From IMG/VR virus record IMGVR_UViG_3300009158_000001, positions 110,108 through 174,107 of that record: a DNA stretch of 64,000 nt; one strand, written 5' to 3'. Positions 1-11,100 of this stretch are shown one piece after another; the first letter of the stretch is position 1, and each line of letters begins with the position of its first letter. The translations under genes and the position numbers were made by a program. The notes under the pieces are model-generated. The model saw nothing but the letters and a program-made list of their open reading frames with translations, was not told the origin of the DNA and did no database searches. Origin of the DNA: a virus.

Positions 1-3000
1 AAAAGTTTGTCTTCCGCCAACTACAACTTGAGATCCTGTTCTTGCAGATAAAACATTTGTTAAGTAATTTTTACCAGGTTGAGCATATGCCATTTCTCCT
101 GGCCCAGTACCTACTCCTTCGTGAGCTGTTTCAGGGGTGTCAATGCCAGATACGCGCACACTACCTAGCTTTCTTCTGCCCATGCCAAGAAAGCCTTTGC
201 TAATCAATTCAACTGTATCACCGTCACCAACCGCGTAGTCAACCTTTGCACCATCAACTGCCTGGAGTGCAACACCAGCATCATTTGTTTTGTCAATTGG
301 TGCAGTGTATGAAGTCAAAGCACTCTTAATATCTCCGCCAGCGGCATAGTTACCGCCTTCTAAGATTTGTTTCTCATCACCACTCTTTTTTAAAATTGCT
401 TCAGTTGTTGGTTTCCAACTAGGTTGATCAATCATGTAATCGGCTGCAAGAGCAAGCCCAGCACCAACTATTCCACCTATAGCACCAGCAGTTCTTCCTA
501 CATTAGAAACAAACCAACTTGCGTCTTTCAGCGCAGATACCGCAATCTTTCCTCCCGCACCCGCAGGAGAAACAGCATTCGCAAGAAACCTATCTGCGGT
601 TTCTCTCTGTAGTTTTATTTTTCCTAATCCTTGCATTGTCAGGCTAGCCATCGCCTTAAAGTGACCAACACTTTGAGGTCTTGCAAATTTAACAGCACTT
701 AAAGAACTACTCAATTCATGTAGTCCTCTACCTAGACCTCCTATAGTCAGACCATATCCCTTAGAGGAAACATTCTTAAAAATTTGATCTAGAGTTCCTT
801 TAGTCTGTTCTATTATTTGCCGGGTAAGAGCTCCATCACCTTGATCAAATCTCAACTTTAATTCATCAGTCAATTTCTGTCCAAGACTTCCATTTGGTTC
901 CCGAAGTCTTCCTGTTAAAGTCTCAAACCTTTCCATCAAACTTTCTGGAGTTAATCCCCTACTCGCAATGCTTTCACTCTCAGCATACTGCCCAACCATA
1001 TGTTCAAAAACACGCCTATGCGCTGTTTCCGCACTTGCACCGCCTGCAATCAAGTCTGCGTGCATTTTCTTCATATCGTCTACTAGATGATAGTCATGCG
1101 TCTTATTAAAGAAAGAGTATGTTGCTCCATCCTTTGTAACTTTTTCATGCCGGACTTGGCCTTGTCGAGTTCCAAGGTTAAATGGCTCGTAGGCATCAGT
1201 CTGAATATTGATTGGTTCAGTGTGATATTGAATTTCACCACTCAAATCAGCAACTGGCATAGGCCTATTAACTATAACTTCATCTACTATGCCTTCCGCG
1301 TTTTCTAATTTAATAACCTTTCCTGGCTTTTCATCTGGATAAGGCAATTCTCTTTTGATAATAGGATTACCTTCTTCGTCCAATTTTAAAGCATCAACAG
1401 TTAATTCCTTTTTTGCATCAAACAAAGATGCTTGTCCAGATACCAGATTAGCAGTCTCATGAATCCTAAGAAGTTCCTTGTCAATGTTGTAATTTTTTGT
1501 TACATCACCTATTGTTCCCTGATTCCATCTGGCAAGAAGAGGATTTGCACTGCTTTCATCTACATCAAAAAGAACTCTACCTTGTGCATCTGTTGTTATA
1601 GGCTCAAGTTCCGTATCTTTCAAGTATGAAGTAAGACTTAGCCATCCTCTTTTCTTGCTGTCAAACAGTATACTTGTTGCCGCAATAAGGGACTTCATCT
1701 GTCCACCAATTGACGCGGTTTCTTTTCCTTGGTTTACGGTATAGACATCTTTAACTGTTTCATACAGTTTTGCATCTGTTAAAAGTTTTCCCTGAAGAAC
1801 TGTGTCCATCAAAGCTAAATGCTCTTCCTTTGCTCCATAGAAGGCCCTAGATGCCCAGTCAATTTTTGTACCAGAAAATACATCTGGCCCTGTTGGAATA
1901 TATCCAGTTTGCATAAGACCAGAAAATAACATCTTAGTAAGTTCAAGCTGATCTTTGTTATGAAGTCCTTGTCCTATATTTTTTTCCCACATTGGGAAAA
2001 GACTAATCATTTCATTGGTTTTCCCTTCCATTCTTAATCTATCCACACCTTGTGTATAGTGATAGTTGGTAGGATCCATAATGTTTCTTTTATACTGTGA
2101 CTTCCAGTATGCATCAAACATTTGTCTAATTTCTGATAGATCTTGAATTCCTTCTGGTCCAGTCCTGAAAGCTTTCATAATATCAGGATCTTGATTTAAA
2201 GGAACACGGTCCTCTGGGAACATTGCTACATTGTAATTGCCTTTGAAATCCCTGACATGCGCTCCTATTCCGTCATCTGCTGGTCGAATAACAGATATCT
2301 GTCTTTCTCCTGCGTCATCCACAGAAGGAACAATAGCGGTAAAGAATTTATTCTTGTTTGGTAATTTGCTTTTATCAGAAACATTCTGGGTAAAGTATTC
2401 CCAAAGTTTGCCAAGTCTGAAGGATTCAAAGGTCATATTTGCAGCAATTAATGCTTTATTATTGTCACTTCCTTGCTTCGCAAATATCATAGACCACTTA
2501 GCAGCTTCTCTTTGGCTATAAATACGCTGGCCGTCTGCAAGTTCAACAAACCCTTGCTCTTCTAGTTTTTTAAAGATGCCTGTAATCTTCTCATCATCTA
2601 TGGCACCATCAGCACCTGCATTTTCTTCATAGAACTTTTTAAGGAAATCATATTTACTTTCTGCCCATCCTCCAAAGAGTGTTCTGAAACTATCTAAGCT
2701 TTCAGGGGTGTGCTCAACAACTCTATATGTTCTTTCTCTTGCTTCACCTGCGGCATTCTCCGCTGCAGTGTCAGTAAGCAAAGCAGTAGGCATCATATCT
2801 AAAGCAAGAAATCCTTTTTCCATTTGCTCAGAAGGTGACATCCGAGTAATCGAAGTTCTACCTTCTTGGGTTGAAATTAACTTGTCGATCTGATTTAGAT
2901 TTTCCATATCAATCATGGCAAGCTGAAGTATTGGAGCATTTCTTCCAAGACCACCAGTCTCAATGTCCACAATCATAGCATTTCTAATAATGTCAGGTGT

Positions 3001-3486
3001 CTTAAAGTTAAAGACTGACATTGCCGAAAGTTTTAATTTTAAATCCCTAATGCCTTGACTTGAAGCTCCACTCAGTATTTGTCCAAAAGTATCGCCTTGG
3101 CCTGCTGCAGCATAAGATGCTAATTTCGCAGTTACATCTTTAAATAATGCTGTCTTTTCTGCAAGTACAGTCTCTGTAAAGTTAATAAAGTTTTTACCAG
3201 GAGCAGCACCAATTAACTGTGCGCCCTTGCCTATCGCAGTATCTGTAGCAGTCATCAAGTACTGCTTGAAATTAGTCTTATCGTTTAGCGCTTTAACAAC
3301 CTCAGATCCAAATCTGAATGTTCCTTTAGCAATACTTTTAACAAGAGTAAAAGTACCACGTGCACTAGCATCAACTTCAGAAAGATAGTTACTACCTCTG
3401 TACTTGCCTGCCAAAGCAGTGATTCCTTTTATAGGATCTGCATCTGGATTTAAAAGATAATCTTTTAATGTGTATGCAGAGGCCAT
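1..3486 (-). CDS. Large multidomain protein (>1162 aa, runs off the window edge) with DEDDh 3'-5' exonuclease-like and thermonuclease (SNase) domains; possibly a virion protein
   Basis: Absent from the ORF track. Read by hand from ATG at 3486 (MASAYTLKDY...) with no in-frame stop down to base 1. ExoI IVDIETGG..ILQLA (2950-2967), ExoII-like AANMTFE (2425-2445), ExoIII HLALMD (1804-1821); SNase motifs DGDT (214-225) and RVSGIDTPE (130-156). Confidence 0.8.
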   Translation of the reverse strand, partial: MASAYTLKDYLLNPDADPIKGITALAGKYRGSNYLSEVDASARGTFTLVKSIAKGTFRFGSEVVKALNDKTNFKQYLMTATDTAIGKGAQLIGAAPGKNFINFTETVLAEKTALFKDVTAKLASYAAAGQGDTFGQILSGASSQGIRDLKLKLSAMSVFNFKTPDIIRNAMIVDIETGGLGRNAPILQLAMIDMENLNQIDKLISTQEGRTSITRMSPSEQMEKGFLALDMMPTALLTDTAAENAAGEARERTYRVVEHTPESLDSFRTLFGGWAESKYDFLKKFYEENAGADGAIDDEKITGIFKKLEEQGFVELADGQRIYSQREAAKWSMIFAKQGSDNNKALIAANMTFESFRLGKLWEYFTQNVSDKSKLPNKNKFFTAIVPSVDDAGERQISVIRPADDGIGAHVRDFKGNYNVAMFPEDRVPLNQDPDIMKAFRTGPEGIQDLSEIRQMFDAYWKSQYKRNIMDPTNYHYTQGVDRLRMEGKTNEMISLFPMWEKNIGQGLHNKDQLELTKMLFSGLMQTGYIPTGPDVFSGTKIDWASRAFYGAKEEHLALMDTVLQGKLLTDAKLYETVKDVYTVNQGKETASIGGQMKSLIAATSILFDSKKRGWLSLTSYLKDTELEPITTDAQGRVLFDVDESSANPLLARWNQGTIGDVTKNYNIDKELLRIHETANLVSGQASLFDAKKELTVDALKLDEEGNPIIKRELPYPDEKPGKVIKLENAEGIVDEVIVNRPMPVADLSGEIQYHTEPINIQTDAYEPFNLGTRQGQVRHEKVTKDGATYSFFNKTHDYHLVDDMKKMHADLIAGGASAETAHRRVFEHMVGQYAESESIASRGLTPESLMERFETLTGRLREPNGSLGQKLTDELKLRFDQGDGALTRQIIEQTKGTLDQIFKNVSSKGYGLTIGGLGRGLHELSSSLSAVKFARPQSVGHFKAMASLTMQGLGKIKLQRETADRFLANAVSPAGAGGKIAVSALKDASWFVSNVGRTAGAIGGIVGAGLALAADYMIDQPSWKPTTEAILKKSGDEKQILEGGNYAAGGDIKSALTSYTAPIDKTNDAGVALQAVDGAKVDYAVGDGDTVELISKGFLGMGRRKLGSVRVSGIDTPETAHEGVGTGPGEMAYAQPGKNYLTNVLSARTGSQVVVGGRQTF

Positions 3487-3498
3487 CTATCTTCTTAC

Positions 3499-4812
3499 TT
3501 ATTCATCATAGTCAAAGGGATCATCTTTATTATCTCTTATTAGACTATTAATCTTACTTAATGCAGCAGACATTTTTGTCATAGTTGAACTAACACTCTC
3601 AACCTTAGTAGACTCCATCTTAGCCTTAGCATTTAACTTGGCTTCTGGGGTGCTTAACAGTTCCTTCATTAGCTGACTGCGCATCTTTTGGAAACGTTCC
3701 TTTAACGCAAAAGCAGGATGTTCCTTCATCGCAGTCTTAACAGGATTGCCGTGTAAGTCGCTACTTAGTACAGCCTCCTGCATCAAGTCTCTACCCTCGC
3801 CAAGGCTATCTCCTTGACTTAATAGCATATTAACCCGGATCTCATAGATATCCAGTTCGGCAAGCTTAGTCGCCAAGCTAATAACACTAGGAGTAATATT
3901 ATTCATATCTCTAAAGTTCTCACTACAGTATTGCTTAACCTTAACCTGGAGAATACTTGCTTCTACGGGGCAAGGTTGCAGTACTGGGAATTTACTAGAG
4001 GCAAGATCAACACTTCCATTGTCTCTCTTAACAGCAAACCAGCATGAGCTGCGAATAGGGCAACTCTCATATCCTTTACATATTAAGGGCACACTAGCAT
4101 AAGTACCATGCTTAACAGCAGCAAGGTGCGACCTCATTCTAGCAGCACTCTGAGGTGTTATATGTAAGTCCTTATATAAGTCAGGATCACTACCAAGAAA
4201 AGTCCCAAGACTACTGTTAGAGAAGAAAGCATTAACATCTATAGTATTAGGATCACTGGCGTCTAAGGCACTCTGAAAAGCTTCCTTAAGACTGATACTC
4301 GTAGCACTACTTTGATCAAGAGGCTCAGCCCTCTCTAGTAAATCTAAGTCACTATCTAGTATCTCCCCCACCCTATCAAGTAGCACTTGTGTACTGGCCT
4401 CCACGCCGCCAAGACCATTAGTATTACGGTTCCCAGAGACCATACTAGAGTCCTTTAACAGGGGGCTAGTCTTAGTAAAGGACTTATCCTCACTGATAGA
4501 CATCTCCCTAGTAGGAAGGCCCTTTGCTGTCTCAGCTACGCTAATGTTAGTATCCTCTAAAGCCTGTAAGTCAAAAGGCATACCGTCTTCCTTAGGGGAA
4601 AACTCTAACGAGTTCCCCAAGGTGTATGGGTCAATAACTTGTCCAGATAACGTTCCAGTATAAGTAGGCTGAGAAAGCCGCGCCGCATTCTTATATAGAT
4701 TATCGGCTCCACGCCCTGCACTGTTGTCGTGGGAAGATCTAGGCTTCTTACCATTAGCCTTGTTTATATCATTGTAATGAGCCAAAACAGAGTACTTCTT
4801 ACTAGTAATCAA
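3499..4812 (-). CDS. Hypothetical protein, possible terminase small subunit (true start may be internal)
   Basis: 437-aa ORF with a Cys cluster PLICKGYESCPIRSSC..PCP. C-terminal KEHPAFALKERFQKMRSQLMKELLSTPEAK resembles the P27-type TerS signature (HPA...ELGLTP..R). Confidence 0.4.
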   Translation of the reverse strand: MITSKKYSVLAHYNDINKANGKKPRSSHDNSAGRGADNLYKNAARLSQPTYTGTLSGQVIDPYTLGNSLEFSPKEDGMPFDLQALEDTNISVAETAKGLPTREMSISEDKSFTKTSPLLKDSSMVSGNRNTNGLGGVEASTQVLLDRVGEILDSDLDLLERAEPLDQSSATSISLKEAFQSALDASDPNTIDVNAFFSNSSLGTFLGSDPDLYKDLHITPQSAARMRSHLAAVKHGTYASVPLICKGYESCPIRSSCWFAVKRDNGSVDLASSKFPVLQPCPVEASILQVKVKQYCSENFRDMNNITPSVISLATKLAELDIYEIRVNMLLSQGDSLGEGRDLMQEAVLSSDLHGNPVKTAMKEHPAFALKERFQKMRSQLMKELLSTPEAKLNAKAKMESTKVESVSSTMTKMSAALSKINSLIRDNKDDPFDYDE

Positions 4813-5161
4813 ACTAAAGTTTAAACTTTATTAACTTGATACCATAAGGAGCCTTATATATGTATAAGGACAAAACCTCTATATATATTTGGGGAAAAAA
4901 TCTAGGGGAAAAGCTAGGGGGAAAGGGGTATAGGTCTGGGAAAGACGTAGACTTGCCTAAAGAACTCTATATAGGTTTATATATTTATATTTTTATTTTT
5001 ATGGAAAAGAGTGGGTACTTTATATACTGGGACCCTTAAACAACCCATACCCCTATTCGTTTTAGCCCACCCCCTTTAAACGTAAAACTCTGACCGTTAG
5101 GGTGGGACATTGGGTTCCAAAAAGCCCTGCAATTGAGCAGGCACGCGTCTAGGAGTCTGCC

Positions 5162-8100
5162 ATGACTATTGCCCTTATCGTCCTCGCCATCTTCGTCTGC
5201 ATTGTCATCCTTTCCAACACGGTGAGCTATCTCATGACCGCCAACAAGACCGCGCCCATCACCCCCGCCGAGGTTCGTATGAACAACAACAACCACCCCC
5301 TCATCGTCCTGGCCATCGTCACCCTGGTTGTCATTGGTGGCCTTGTCACCTTCGGCATCGGCAAGACTGCTGGCCTGTGGGCTCAGCCCTCCTTCGAGGA
5401 TCTCGTTGACCCCTACGCTGTCGCTGAGTATGAGCAGGTTGCCCTGCGCATTACCAGCTTCCCCCACCCTGGTGTTGGCCAGTACTCGCCTGATGAGGGT
5501 ACCAATTGCACGGGCTGGGCCTGGAAGGGCCACATGTACGGCATTACCCATTGTGATGTCGACACATACATCATTGGCAAGGAGACGGGTGAGACCCCTG
5601 ATCCAGTGGTCCGTATCAACACGGATCACGTTGTCAGTGTCCCTGTATTGGGCAATGACCTCTACACCGTTGGCATGGAATGCAGCCCTGACCTTCGCTG
5701 GTGGGGTGCTACCACTGGTGAGTGGCGTAACCTCGATTGGAGCGACATCGACGTTGAGACATTCAGCCCTAACAACCGCGCTGCTAGCCTCATGCTTGAG
5801 CGCTGGCATGGTAGCGTAAACCGAGCACAGGACGCACTGGCTCAGCAGAACGAGTACAGCGCTAGCCTGTACACCAACACCGCCCTGTTCCAGCAGGGTG
5901 AGTGGGAGATCCTTAGCAAGGGTCAGCGCTACTGCTACGACAGCCAGGATGATGTGGTTGGCCATGGTGGCTGGTTCCGTAGTGGCGATAGCGGTGGTGT
6001 CCTTCTCGCAGGGGATGAGCCCATCGGCGCTGTTAGCTACAGCAACGGGTCTGAGACCCGCAACTGCTTCAGCGCAATTGCGTTGTCGCAGGAGAAGTCC
6101 TACCAGGACTTTGAGTTCCGGGAACTCTCTTCGACCACCATGGACCTGACTGGGAAGTTCAAGACCGCTGCTTCCCACTCGGGTATGCAGGGGCGGATTT
6201 TCCGTAGCCTCAACACCGAAACCACCAACGCCCATCAGGGCAAGGAGAATTTCATGCCTTACCTCATCCTCGCCATCCTCGGCCTCATCCTCGCTGCCGC
6301 CACCACGACCATCAAGGTCAAGGAGTTTCTCATGTCCAACCTTCGCACCATCGTCATTGGTTTCCTGATTGTCCTGGGCCTTGTGGTCCCGATCGTTCTG
6401 GCGTGGAACCACGCCCTCACGGTTTGTCCTGTCACGGACGCATGGTTCAGTGTCAACTTTATGAACGGTGCCCTGGTTAGCATCGTCGTTGAAATGGCTG
6501 CAATTGCGGCTGTTCTCGCCATGGCAACGCTTATCTCTGAGATGAGCTGCCCAAAGTGGATGGTTAAGCCTATCCTCGCCATCACCCCCAACCTTGCCAC
6601 CATCACGGCCAATAAGGCCAAGGAGTCTGTCATGCCTATTCGCCTGTACATTGCAATCATCCTCACAATCGCCATCTTCGTCCCCATGGCGCTTATCGCC
6701 ACCTTCCGAGAGGCCTTCGTGTGTATCTTGGGCCTTGGCCCCCTTGCATTCACGGCTATTGACCTCATTCTGCATGTGGAGTACCACTACCATGTGCGTG
6801 AGCTTTCTATCGTGACCAAGAAGCTCATCGCCCACCAGAAGCTGCACAAGCTGCTCTTTGGCGGTATGGCTCTTCTCGCCATGGTTCTTGGTGGGTGCGG
6901 CGATACCATCCAGCAGGCTCCTGCTGGTATGGGCGAAATCGTCGCCGCTCACAACGGCGAATGCAGCGCCTTCCACTGGCAGGGCCAGATCAGGACGGCG
7001 GCTCACTGCACCTATGCCAGCACCGATTGGCGGGACAACGCAACAGCCGTTCTTCACCAGCAGCAAGGAAAGCATGCTATCCCAGAAGACTTGGCAGATA
7101 TCGGCCAAGAGTGTAGCCCCGACCTGCGTTGGTGGGGTGCCACCACTGGTCGGACTCTGCCTGTGGAGGACGTCAAATTCTACGCTGTAAAGCGTGGGCA
7201 AAACGTCTGGGACCTTGGCGAACAAGTTCCTCCATGGACTCCTGGAGCACAGGCCTGCTTCACCCAGACCCTGCACAACCGCTTCTCCGACGGAGATAGC
7301 GGAGGACCCCTTCTCGCCGGTGATGAGCCGGTGGGCAGCGTCTCCTGGAGCAGCAACCTGCCTTGGGGCATGGCCTGCTTCGGCCGACTGGAAAAACAAC
7401 CAATGTGGGGAAATCTCTCCACGTCTTCCCCGCAAGGGGGTAAGGGCTTCCGCATGAAGTCCATCGAAATGACTGACAGCCTCGCTGTCACTTTGACCCA
7501 GGTCTTCACGGACCTTGCCATTGCAGGAGCAATCCTGGCGCTGGCCTTCCTTCTGGCCCGAGTCCGGGCCAAGTTCCGCACGCACGACGAAACCAACGCC
7601 GGCAATTCTGCTGGCCTCATTGGGGCTAAGAACCCCAGTAAGGGACACATGTCCCCCATTTTGGCCTTCGTGGCCCGCCTGACGAGCGTAATCGTCATCC
7701 TCCTCCTTGGTGTCTGCCTGCTGGCAGCACCCGGCGTGACCCCGCTGGTCTCTTCGAACAACAGCCCGACCATCGAGACGGGCATCGACCCTGAGGCCAT
7801 TGCCAAGATTGTCCAGCGCTTGAAGAAGCGCCTGGCGTACGGCATGCGGATGGCCAAGAAGAAGCGGTGGACCGTGCGTCGCTTGAACCGCTGGCTCGTT
7901 GCAAACGGTTACAAGGCCAAGGCCAAGAAGGCCAAGAAGGCGGTCGCAAAGGCCGTTGTCAAGTTTGACCGTGCGGGTATGACCCGCCGTCAGCGTCGCG
8001 CAAAGGCCCATAAGGCCAAGGTTGCAGCAACGAAGGCAGAAACCAAGGCTCGTGGCGTTAAGCGCCGCGCAGAAGCCAAGGCAACGAACGACGCAATCGC

Positions 8101-11100
8101 CAAGCTGGAGGCTGCGATTGCCTTCCTCGGGCTCATTGCCCGCGTGGCCCGTCACCAACGGCGCATGGAAGTGTCGGCTGCGCGGTCGAAGCGCAAGGTG
8201 GCTCGCAAGGCCACTGCTAAGCCCGCCGCCAAGAAGATCATTGTCAGGGCCGAGGGTGCAGGTCGTCCCACCTTCCACCCCCGCCGCAGCAAAGTCCAGG
8301 GATACAACCCTGCCGCACAAAGCCGACAGGAGATCATCACCTCACGCGAAAAGCGGGAAGAGCGTCGCCTTGCACGCGAGGCTCGGCACCTCACGCTCCT
8401 TAATAGGGCATATGCTGCCCTCCTCAACATGGTCGTTGAGGGAACGGCATTCAAAGCAGGCTGGACCCTTCGAGGTGCATGCATGCTGCTGGCGGACAAC
8501 ATGGCTTGGGTTGCCGCCCAGGCCGAGATCCAAACGTTCGATCAAGATGACGACGTGGCCTGGCAGTATGAGGCAGCCGTCCGCAACATCCCCTTCGAGA
8601 TTAAGCGGGAGGTTGAGAACGCAGAGGTCGACGCAGCATGGGCGCTCATCGAGGCCAACGACAAGAAAGTCCTTGCCGAGATCAAGCAAGCGAACGCTAA
8701 GGCGCGGGCCAAGAGGAAGGCAGAGCGTGAAGAGCGCATTGCCACTCACAGGGCGAAGGTCGACGCAGAGCGGGCCGAACGTGAAGCCGCCAAGGCCGTA
8801 AAGGCCGAAGAGCGCAGGAAGCGGGAAATGGCAAAGGCGGAGCGCCTGGTTGAAGCCCTCAAGGCCCGTGAGGCCAAGAAGGGCAAGACCACCAAGGTGG
8901 ATGTTACTCCTGTGTCTCCCGTGGCTAAGCTGCGGGAAGTCCAGGCAAACAGCCCCGTTCTCGCCGTTGTCGCAGGTCTTGGGCTTGCGACTGGCATGGT
9001 GGCCGTTGCCGTCATTGCCCTTGCTGCAATTGCCTTCTTCGCTATTCGCAAGAATCGTGCCGAAGACTGCAAAGAAGAAACGGTCGACGCAGATTGGGGC
9101 GATCTGCTTGAAGCTCCTGCTGAGCCACAGCCCCAGTCCCTGTTGCTGCGTCTGACAGAGCTCTTGGGCCAAGAGTCTCCTGCGCGGGAGGTTGTTGCAT
9201 ATGAACCTGCTCCTGCACCAGTTACTGTACCTGCCGAGCCAGAGCCGCAATCTCTTCTTGGGCGTCTTATTGAGCTTCTGCCTGAGGCTGAGGCGCGTGC
9301 TACTGAGCCTGCCACCTGCGCTTGCGGAATACCGCAGGAAGAAGGCTACGTCTGCGATACCTGCGTACTCAATGAGTATGCTGCTGGTATGGCAAATGCC
9401 CTCGAAAATGCGGTCGAAGAGTTTCCCTTCACCGATCCTGGTGACTGGGATGGCGGGGCAATCGATGACGTGTATGCGGCTCAGCTCATGGCGGCTGACC
9501 GTGAAGCCGCGCAACGCGATGCGGCAGACTTGGAAGAGCACCTGCAGGTTCTTGCGGCAGAAGCTGCTCTTGCAGACCTCGACCAGGAAGCAGAACAGGA
9601 CATTGATCCGCTAGATCTTCTAGTGGAGAAGGCCAAGGAGGAAGAGATGGAAGAGGAAAAGACCCCTGAGCAGGTCTGGGCAGAAATCTGCAATGAGCTG
9701 ACGGTATCCCCTAGGAACTACTCGGCTAATGCTGCAATGAACATCTTGATTGAGATGTATCAGCGCAAGATTGACCTGTTCCGTTTCCGCCATTTCGGCA
9801 CTACTCGTACGTTCACCCGCAAAGACAAAGACGGGGATAGGCGTACCAGTAAGACAAAGACTCTGCGCAAGGACGTTATTGTCCGGTTTGCCAGCATCCT
9901 GCGTCAGGACAAGGAGATGGCAACGTGGTTTGCGGAAGCAAGTCACGATCCCTCTTGGGAGCAGTTCTGGGTTGGCATCGAGTCCCTTATGAAGGACAAG
10001 AAGCAGGCTTGGACTGCCCAGGATTGGCGTATCCTTCGAGCCAGGTACGAAGCGGCTGTCTTGGTCGTTAACGACCTCTGCATCGAGTTCCTCGGTCAGT
10101 CGAAGAGCAAGCCAAAGTTCATGGCAAGTGAAGTCTCTTGTCTTGTAACCAAAGACACCTTCCGCTACCGTGCAGTTGGTGCGCAGGAAGCGATGGAAGC
10201 CTGCAAGCGCATTAACGCAAAGCACAAAGGTGGCTTCTGTGTGGCTCGTGGTGTCTACCAAGAGCAAATGCTTAGCGGCTCTCACCTGCCCTGGGTTGTT
10301 GATAAGGCTGACGGGGAAGGCAACTGGCTGGAGTTTGGCTTTGTTCTCACCACCAGCGCTGGTGTTGCAGACTGGGGCTTTGGCCGTGAAAACCGCAACA
10401 ATAGCAGTGTTGAGCTGAAGACTGCCACAGAAATGCTTGGTGGAATTGTCCAGCTTGATCAGTACAAGCCAGAACGTGCGTACATCGAGATGTTCCACAA
10501 GAACTGGACCTTGATGAAGAAGCCCAGCCTTAACGACTGGAAGACTTTCATTAAGACAGCCTTTGCCAATGGCAACATGTTATTCATTAACCCAACGACA
10601 ATGGATACCAGGCATGTCGCCAAGAACGGCACCAGTTACAGTAAGTCTGTAACTGACAATGGCACAACAGCCAGCACGGTCCATACTTTCTTCAACGATG
10701 GTAGCGTGACCACGGTAATGACGCGCAAGACTCTTGATGCAAATTCGAAAGGCTTTGCTCACAAGTTCAGCAGTGCGCGGACGACTATCAGGAAGTTCTT
10801 CTTGAAACACTCTGGTATTCGTGATCTCAAGGTTCTTCCTTGGGAAGTTGTCGAAAGCCGAGATGAGCTGGCAACAAAGTTTGGCAATGAGTCGTATGAC
10901 CAATACCAGGCATGCCGTAAAGCAATCTCTGCTGATCGCAATCATCGGCTAGACGTTGTAGTTCTTAGCCGCGTGAACAATGCACGGTTTGAGGCTTGGG
11001 CTACTGAGTATGTGCAGAATAAGCAATCATCGGTTGTTTATCACATCAAGACTCGGCAGCCTTTGACGCTCAGCCAGCTCAACAAGCAGAATAAGGCCCT

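Noticed and set aside
2308-2316. Extra TCCTGCGTC core
   Set aside because: It lies inside a CDS and has no complementary flanks; treated as chance.
424-2893. Short plus-strand ORFs in the track
   Set aside because: They are shadows of the long minus-strand gene at 1-3486.
5036-8320. 1094-aa minus-strand ORF, and other long antisense ORFs such as 14111-16519
   Set aside because: They lie antisense to a GC-rich gene with strong codon bias, have no motifs or SD, and the plus strand carries all recognisable domains.
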